A DNA stretch of 32,000 nucleotides from Haloquadratum walsbyi C23 (GTDB lineage Archaea > Halobacteriota > Halobacteria > Halobacteriales > Haloferacaceae). Positions 26,365-32,000 of the stretch are shown piece by piece. Each line of letters begins with the position of its first letter. The stretch's first letter is position 1. The notes beneath the pieces were generated by a model. That model did no database searches. It saw only the letters and a program-made list of their open reading frames with translations, and was not told where the DNA came from. The stretch spans positions 690,001-722,000 of the forward strand of contig NC_017459.1 of the NCBI RefSeq assembly GCF_000237865.1, in the 5' to 3' direction. The position numbers were made by a program, and so were the translations under genes.

Positions 26365-27012
26365 TCAGTCACTTCGAGAAACTGTCTCACAATTCGTGTG
26401 TTCGGCATGATCTCGGGCGATGGTGTATGCTTCTTGTAACTGGTTGAACTCTGCTTGTGTCCCGCCATGATCTGGGTGAACTATCTTCACCTGCTCGCGA
26501 TATGCATCTCTTATTGCCTCTGCATCTGCTGTTGTTCTTAGTCCTAGTTGGTCATACGCTGCTGTTATTGAGGCGGATTGTGTGCGATTGTTTGCTCCTG
26601 GTGTGGAGTCGGGATCTGACACCTCAAACGGGAGTCGTCGTCCAAGCGCACGGACTGGCATTTCATATTCGCAGAGAATAGTTTCAATACCAGCACGGTC
26701 AAGATTAAAATACACTTGTGCATCGAACGTAACTGCAACTTCGTGATTACTGAGATAGAACGCGATTGTTTCGCCAGCAAGCTCACGCTCCTCAACAAAC
26801 GGTTCATCGATTGCTCTAAAATATGACCGGAATTCACCTCGTCGTCGATTGAATTTTCCACCTGTCGTCCCGAATCTATTCGTATCGTCTGGAAATAACC
26901 GTCCACCAATAATAAAAACACCAGCGATAATGACTGTTGCACACCCCCCGGCGAGAACACCAAATACCAACCACGACGGGAATGATGAGAGCCACTCCAG
27001 GAGCACAATCAC
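26365..27012 (-). CDS. J-domain (DnaJ-like) protein with an N-terminal TM anchor
   Basis: C-terminal J domain with the HPD motif ('AIRDAYREQVKIVHPDHGGTQAEFNQLQEAYTI'). N-terminal helix 'WLVFGVLAGGCATVIIAGVFIIGG'. GTG start (27012 or 27006). Confidence 0.8.
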   Translation of the reverse strand: MIVLLEWLSSFPSWLVFGVLAGGCATVIIAGVFIIGGRLFPDDTNRFGTTGGKFNRRRGEFRSYFRAIDEPFVEERELAGETIAFYLSNHEVAVTFDAQVYFNLDRAGIETILCEYEMPVRALGRRLPFEVSDPDSTPGANNRTQSASITAAYDQLGLRTTADAEAIRDAYREQVKIVHPDHGGTQAEFNQLQEAYTIARDHAEHTNCETVSRSD

Positions 27013-27157
27013 GATAACGATATACCACCTAAAGAACCTCTCGCAATGTCTGTATAGTTCAATATCCAGATGTTATACTCGTTTTTGAGTATATTTTTTT
27101 CACTCGCAGTAGGTCCGGAAAGTACTTTAGTCTCATCTGAGGAAAATACACATACTG

Positions 27158-29515
27158 ATGGCAGTATCTTGGCTGGATGAGGTACGATCCACCGACGTGG
27201 GGACGGTCGGTGGGAAGGCAGCTTCGCTCGGCGAACTAACCGACGCGGGGCTCCCGGTTCCGTCTGGATTCGTTGTAACTGCAGCAACTTACCGCGAATT
27301 CATCGAGACTGCAGGTATTGATAAAGAATTATTCAATGTCGTTGATGTTGATCATGAGGACTCCACAGCGCTTCGAGAGGCACATGAGCGCGCACATCAA
27401 CTGATCGTTGAAACTCCGATGCCAGATGAGGTCAAACAGGACATTCTTGATTCATATTATTCACTTAATTCAACTGAATCAAGAACTGACGGAGATACGA
27501 GTGATGACTCTGAATCTGACCCGTTTGTCGCTGTTCGCTCATCTGCGACAGCCGAGGATCTTCCAGATGCATCCTTTGCTGGTCAGCAAGAGACCTTCTT
27601 AAATGTGCGCTCAGACAATCTTGTCGATCGTGTTAAAGAATGTTGGGCCTCGCTGTTCTCTCAGCGCGCAATCTATTATCGGAATCGACAGGGATTTTCG
27701 CATTCCAATGTCGATATTGCCGTTGTTGTTCAGCAGATGGTTGATGCGGAGAAATCCGGTGTGATGTTCACATCACATCCATCAAGCGGCGACCCACAGA
27801 TCATCATTGAAGCAGCCTGGGGACTTGGTGAGGCGGTCGTCTCTGGTGCTGTATCACCAGATAATTACACTGTCGATAGGGAGACCGCAGAGACCACATC
27901 AGTCTCAATCGCAGAAAAAAAGATGATGATGGTGAAAGATGCACAGACTGGTGAGACTGTTGAGCAAGATGTCTCAGCAGATAAGCGCGATGCTCGTGTG
28001 CTCTCAGATGATGAAATCGCCGAGCTTGTTGCACTTGGTAAAAAGGTAGAATCACATTACGGTGAACCACAGGACGTTGAGTGGGCTATCTATGATGGAT
28101 CAGTGCATATGCTCCAATCACGTCCAATCACGACTATAAGCGATGATACACGTCCTAGGTCAGAAAGTAATCACCAAGCTAGCAATGGTGAGATTAATGC
28201 CGACAGTCCCGATTCGACTGAATCAGCGAACGATGCAGAGATTCTTGTCCGCGGGCTTGGGGCAAGTCCAGGGATTGCCGCTGGTGAAGCACGCGTCGTT
28301 ACAAAACTTGACCATCTTGACCAGGTGAGCGATGGAGATATTATTATTACTGAAATGACAATGCCGGATATGGTCCCCGCAATGAAGCGTGCTTCCGGTA
28401 TCATTACTGATGAGGGTGGAATGACATCTCACGCATCAATTGTGTCTCGTGAGTTGGGTGTTCCAGCGGTTGTCGGGGCAGGTTCAGCAACAGCAACACT
28501 CGATGATGGTCAGTTGGTCACACTTGACGGTGATAAAGGAACAGTTCGTGAGGGTGAAGCTGAAGAAAAAGAACAACCACATGAACCAATCGAAGATGCA
28601 CGACCAACAACACCGGTAAAGCCAATGACAGCCACCGAGGTGAAAGTAAACGTCTCAATTCCAGAAGCAGCCGATCGGGCAGCAGCAACGGGTGCGGATG
28701 GCGTTGGACTTCTACGTATGGAGCATATGGTGCTTTCACTCGGGAAGACTCCAGAACAATATATCGCTGATAACGGTGAGCGGGCGTATATCGATGAGTT
28801 AGTTGATGATATGCGGACAGCTGCTGAGGAGTTCTATCCACGTCCAGTTCGAATCCGAACGCTTGATGCGCCGACAGATGAGTTTCGGCAACTCGAGGGT
28901 GGCGATGACGAGCCGCATGAACACAACCCAATGCTTGGATATCGAGGTATTCGACGGTCGCTTGACGCTCCAGAGATATTCAAACATGAACTCGATGCAT
29001 TCCGCCGTATTTACGAAATGGGTTATGACAACGTCGAATTGATGTTACCACTCGTGAATGATGCTGAGGAGGTTATTCAGGCTCGAGAATTAATGAAACG
29101 TGCTGGTATCGATCCATCGACGCAAGAATGGGGTATCATGATTGAAACACCAGCAGCAGCTCTTGAAATCGAAGAAATAGCTGAAGCAGGTGTTGACTTC
29201 GTCTCATTTGGAACGAATGACCTCACACAATATACTCTTGCCGTTGATCGTAATAATGAGCACGTTGCTGATCAGTTTGATGAGCTTCACCCAGCTGTAC
29301 TCTCGCTCATTGACAACACAATCGAGACTTGTCGTGATCTTGGCGTTAAAACAAGTATCTGCGGACAGGCGGGCTCAAAACCGAAGATGGTGCAGTTCCT
29401 TGTCGAAGCAGGCATCTCATCAATCTCAGCGAATATCGATGCTGTCCGAGATGTTCAACACGAAGTGAAACGCGTTGAACAACGTCTTATTCTTGATTCT
29501 GTTCGCTCATCATAG
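27158..29515 (+). CDS. ppsA: Phosphoenolpyruvate synthase (pyruvate, water dikinase)
   Basis: 785 aa. ATP-grasp N-terminus 'VGGKAASLGEL'. Phosphohistidine motif 'GGMTSHASIVSRELGVPAVVG'. PEP-utilising C-terminus 'FVSFGTNDLTQY' and 'SICGQA'. Confidence 0.97.
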   Translation: MAVSWLDEVRSTDVGTVGGKAASLGELTDAGLPVPSGFVVTAATYREFIETAGIDKELFNVVDVDHEDSTALREAHERAHQLIVETPMPDEVKQDILDSYYSLNSTESRTDGDTSDDSESDPFVAVRSSATAEDLPDASFAGQQETFLNVRSDNLVDRVKECWASLFSQRAIYYRNRQGFSHSNVDIAVVVQQMVDAEKSGVMFTSHPSSGDPQIIIEAAWGLGEAVVSGAVSPDNYTVDRETAETTSVSIAEKKMMMVKDAQTGETVEQDVSADKRDARVLSDDEIAELVALGKKVESHYGEPQDVEWAIYDGSVHMLQSRPITTISDDTRPRSESNHQASNGEINADSPDSTESANDAEILVRGLGASPGIAAGEARVVTKLDHLDQVSDGDIIITEMTMPDMVPAMKRASGIITDEGGMTSHASIVSRELGVPAVVGAGSATATLDDGQLVTLDGDKGTVREGEAEEKEQPHEPIEDARPTTPVKPMTATEVKVNVSIPEAADRAAATGADGVGLLRMEHMVLSLGKTPEQYIADNGERAYIDELVDDMRTAAEEFYPRPVRIRTLDAPTDEFRQLEGGDDEPHEHNPMLGYRGIRRSLDAPEIFKHELDAFRRIYEMGYDNVELMLPLVNDAEEVIQARELMKRAGIDPSTQEWGIMIETPAAALEIEEIAEAGVDFVSFGTNDLTQYTLAVDRNNEHVADQFDELHPAVLSLIDNTIETCRDLGVKTSICGQAGSKPKMVQFLVEAGISSISANIDAVRDVQHEVKRVEQRLILDSVRSS

Positions 29516-29798
29516 GATATACCGATATGTGCACGCTCACCCAGAGTCATATTGATGAACTTGCCCTAACAAGTCTTACATCTACTGACATGATACTGAC
29601 TTTGTGATTCATATTCTGTTTCCAATCCAACTTTTGAACACATATGTCCCCTCTGTATCCTCAATTTCACCACTATCCCCTATTATGCCGATTCTCTCGG
29701 TGTATTCGATATATTGCACACCCGGCTTAGTTGGTGAGTTCTCTATTATTGCAATCTTGCTGACGGCTGTATCATCACTGCCTGTCCCCGATCTAAGT

Positions 29799-30389
29799 AT
29801 GAGTATGGGTGCGAGCATGATTTCATCAGACGGTGGTCTGTTATTGCCTGTCTCTCTTTTTGGTGATATCTGGCCGGAGTTTGGATGGCTTTCAGCCGCC
29901 GTTGAGCGTGCCACTGGGTGGGGTGGACTAATCATTATTTTCATTTATTCATTTTTAATCGCATTTGCACTTCCAGGAGTGAGTGAGATTGTGCTGTTGG
30001 CGCCGATTGATCTTGGTCTTTCACAAACTGGTCGCCTTGGGATTATTATGCTGGTGAGTGGTGCTGGAAAAGCTGCTGGAAGCGTCTTTGCCTTTCATCT
30101 TGGACAGGAAGTCAAACAATCAGGTCCAGTACTTCAGCTTTTCCAGAATTCATGGTTTGACCTCATTAGTTGGTCTGAGCGTCGAACAGTTGCGCTTGCA
30201 CAACAGTGGGGATATGCCGGACTTGCAGCAGCACTCAGCGTTCCTGGATTCCCAGACACAATCTCAATTTATGCGTTTTCGGTACTCGAAGAGGATTATC
30301 TGAAATTCGCGCTTGCAACATTCATTGGAAGTATCGGTCGTCTAATAGTGACGGTTATTGGTGTTGGTGCTGTCTCTGCGTTTATTTAA
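29799..30389 (+). CDS. DedA/VTT (SNARE-associated, TVP38/TMEM64-like) family membrane protein
   Basis: ATG 29799 gives 196 aa. 'FLIAFALPGVSEIVLLAP' and 'GKAAGSVFAFHLG' resemble the VTT domain. The track ORF from GTG 29604 adds 65 implausible residues. Confidence 0.68.
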   Translation: MSMGASMISSDGGLLLPVSLFGDIWPEFGWLSAAVERATGWGGLIIIFIYSFLIAFALPGVSEIVLLAPIDLGLSQTGRLGIIMLVSGAGKAAGSVFAFHLGQEVKQSGPVLQLFQNSWFDLISWSERRTVALAQQWGYAGLAAALSVPGFPDTISIYAFSVLEEDYLKFALATFIGSIGRLIVTVIGVGAVSAFI

Positions 30390-30527
30390 TTCCAGTGAGT
30401 AAGCGTTCCACATGCTATCTGATTGATATGATTACTTACGTTTGTGAATCACCCTCAGGTGGGGTTTATTCGTCACTCAAATCAGCGGGATTTTGCCCTT
30501 CCCTATATGACTATGAAACAGTATACA

Positions 30528-32000
30528 ATGAGTAAGATGAATACAGAAACGCAGACACAGACACGTGAGTCATTTCCGACTGACGATCCAGCGGTGGTGA
30601 CGTGTGGACTCCCGTATGCGAACGGTGATCTCCATATTGGACATCTTCGGACGTATGTTGGCGGCGATATCTTTAGTCGGGCGCTCAAACGTCTTGGTCA
30701 GGAGACGGCGTTCGTATCAGGTTCCGATATGCACGGAACACCAGTCGCGGTGAATGCGGCTGAGGAAGGGGTTACCCCGGAGTCATTTGCACTTCGGCAT
30801 CATGAGCAATATGAAACGACCTTCCCTCAATTTGGGATTGAGTTCGATAATTACGGACATACTCATGATGAGACGAATGTTGAAATGACGCGTGAGATTG
30901 TCGAAGCATTGATTCAGGCTGGATATGTTTATGAACGAGAGATTCCAGTCGCGTATGACCCAGCAGCCGACCAGTGGCTTCCAGATCGGTTTGTCAATGG
31001 GACCTGTCCATACTGTGGTGCTCACGCACGGGGTGATGAGTGTGATGAGGGTTGTGGGCGACATCTTGAGCCTGGTGAGATCGAAACACCCGTTTCAACG
31101 ATCACTGGGAATGACGCAGAATATCGACGTCGTGAACACCAATTCTTTGCAGTCTCAGAGCTTCAATCATATCTGTCGTCATTTCTTGATCGACTTGAGG
31201 GAACCACAAACGCGCAGAACCAACCCCGAGAATGGGTTGAGGGTGAACTACAGGATTGGTGTATTACGCGCGATATGGACTGGGGAGTGGACTATCCTGA
31301 TGATAACGATCTTGTCCTTTATGTATGGGTTGACGCTCCAATTGAGTACATCTCATCAACAAAGCAATACGCAGAGAGGGTTGGTACTGACTCATTTGAC
31401 TGGAAGAATGCATGGCGTGATATACCGGGTGTGCGCTCTCACTCCTCGTCTTCGGCTAAAGACTCCAGTGAAGGCAACTCTCCATCCAATATCAACAATG
31501 GTGGAGAAATTATCCATATTATCGGCCGAGATATTATCCAACATCATACCGTGTTTTGGCCAGCGATGTTGCATGCAGCTGGATATACAGAACCCCGGGC
31601 TGTGATGGCTTCAGGATTCATTACACTCGAAGGAAAGGGATTTTCGACTTCACGTAATCGTGCTGTATGGGCTGATGAATATCTTGCAGAAGGATTCCAT
31701 CCAGATCTACTCAGATATTATCTTGCGACGAATGGTGGATTCCAACAGGACGTTGATTTCTCTTGGAGTCGCTTTCGCGAACGAGTGAATAATGAACTTG
31801 TTGGAACTGTTGGGAATTTCATCTATCGATCACTGCTCTTCGCTGCGCGTGAATTTGATGGGACACCTGATATCGCGCTTTCTGACTCCGTTGAGGAGCG
31901 CATTGAAACAGCAATTAACGCATTTACTGCAGGCGTCAATGAGTATTCTGTTCGAGCCGTTGGCGATGCAGCAGTCAAACTCGCTCAGTTTGGCAATGAG
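30528..32000 (+). CDS. metG: Methionine--tRNA ligase (metG/metS), 5' part. The ORF runs off the window end, so it is absent from the ORF track.
   Basis: I translated by hand from ATG 30528, and the frame is open for 491 codons to nt 32000. HIGH motif 'YANGDLHIGHL'. Zinc knuckle 'CPYCGAHARGDECDEGCG'. KMSKS-type 'KGFSTSRN'. Also 'WGVDYP' and 'VWVDAPIEY'. Confidence 0.95.
   Translation, partial: MSKMNTETQTQTRESFPTDDPAVVTCGLPYANGDLHIGHLRTYVGGDIFSRALKRLGQETAFVSGSDMHGTPVAVNAAEEGVTPESFALRHHEQYETTFPQFGIEFDNYGHTHDETNVEMTREIVEALIQAGYVYEREIPVAYDPAADQWLPDRFVNGTCPYCGAHARGDECDEGCGRHLEPGEIETPVSTITGNDAEYRRREHQFFAVSELQSYLSSFLDRLEGTTNAQNQPREWVEGELQDWCITRDMDWGVDYPDDNDLVLYVWVDAPIEYISSTKQYAERVGTDSFDWKNAWRDIPGVRSHSSSSAKDSSEGNSPSNINNGGEIIHIIGRDIIQHHTVFWPAMLHAAGYTEPRAVMASGFITLEGKGFSTSRNRAVWADEYLAEGFHPDLLRYYLATNGGFQQDVDFSWSRFRERVNNELVGTVGNFIYRSLLFAAREFDGTPDIALSDSVEERIETAINAFTAGVNEYSVRAVGDAAVKLAQFGNE

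Noticed and set aside
1-32000. CRISPR arrays, rRNA genes and defence-system gene clusters
   Set aside because: I saw no regularly spaced direct repeats, no rRNA-like conserved blocks, and no cas, restriction-modification, toxin-antitoxin or nuclease/ATPase gene neighbourhoods. The gene content is housekeeping and membrane functions plus IS/MITE DNA.

Overview
This is a chromosomal segment from a halophilic archaeon. The proteins are strongly acidic, there are two Tat-signal halocyanins, and the archaeal-lipid gene egsA is present. The G+C content looks unusually low for a haloarchaeon and the AT-rich spacers are long, which fits Haloquadratum (inference only). I support about 30 protein genes:
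- endonuclease III
- a tightly packed halocyanin / small membrane protein / cytochrome b6-like / subunit-IV-like operon
- an alpha/beta hydrolase and a second halocyanin paralog
- a GT4 glycosyltransferase, a DUF420 protein, glycerol-1-phosphate dehydrogenase and a LysE-type exporter
- a SirR/DtxR regulator that overlaps a UPF0016 (GDT1-like) transporter gene
- a threonine-synthase-like protein that lacks the PLP lysine
- an FAD oxidoreductase, an SDR and a metallophosphoesterase
- a wHTH regulator and a J-domain membrane protein
- PEP synthase, a DedA/VTT membrane protein and the 5' part of methionyl-tRNA synthetase

Mobile DNA consists of two elements. One is an intact Tn5/IS50-like IS4-family insertion sequence (5551-7218) with perfect 17-bp terminal inverted repeats and an 11-bp target duplication. 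The other is a 260-bp ORF-less MITE (25002-25261) with the same termini.

The least explained signal is three G+C-rich, hairpin-dense non-coding islands at about 9040-9450, 21088-21612 and 24540-24992, set in otherwise AT-rich spacers. They lack the conserved motifs of RNase P and SRP RNA. They may be structured RNAs or non-autonomous IS200/IS605-type (PATE-like) elements. I saw no rRNA gene, no convincing tRNA gene and no CRISPR array.
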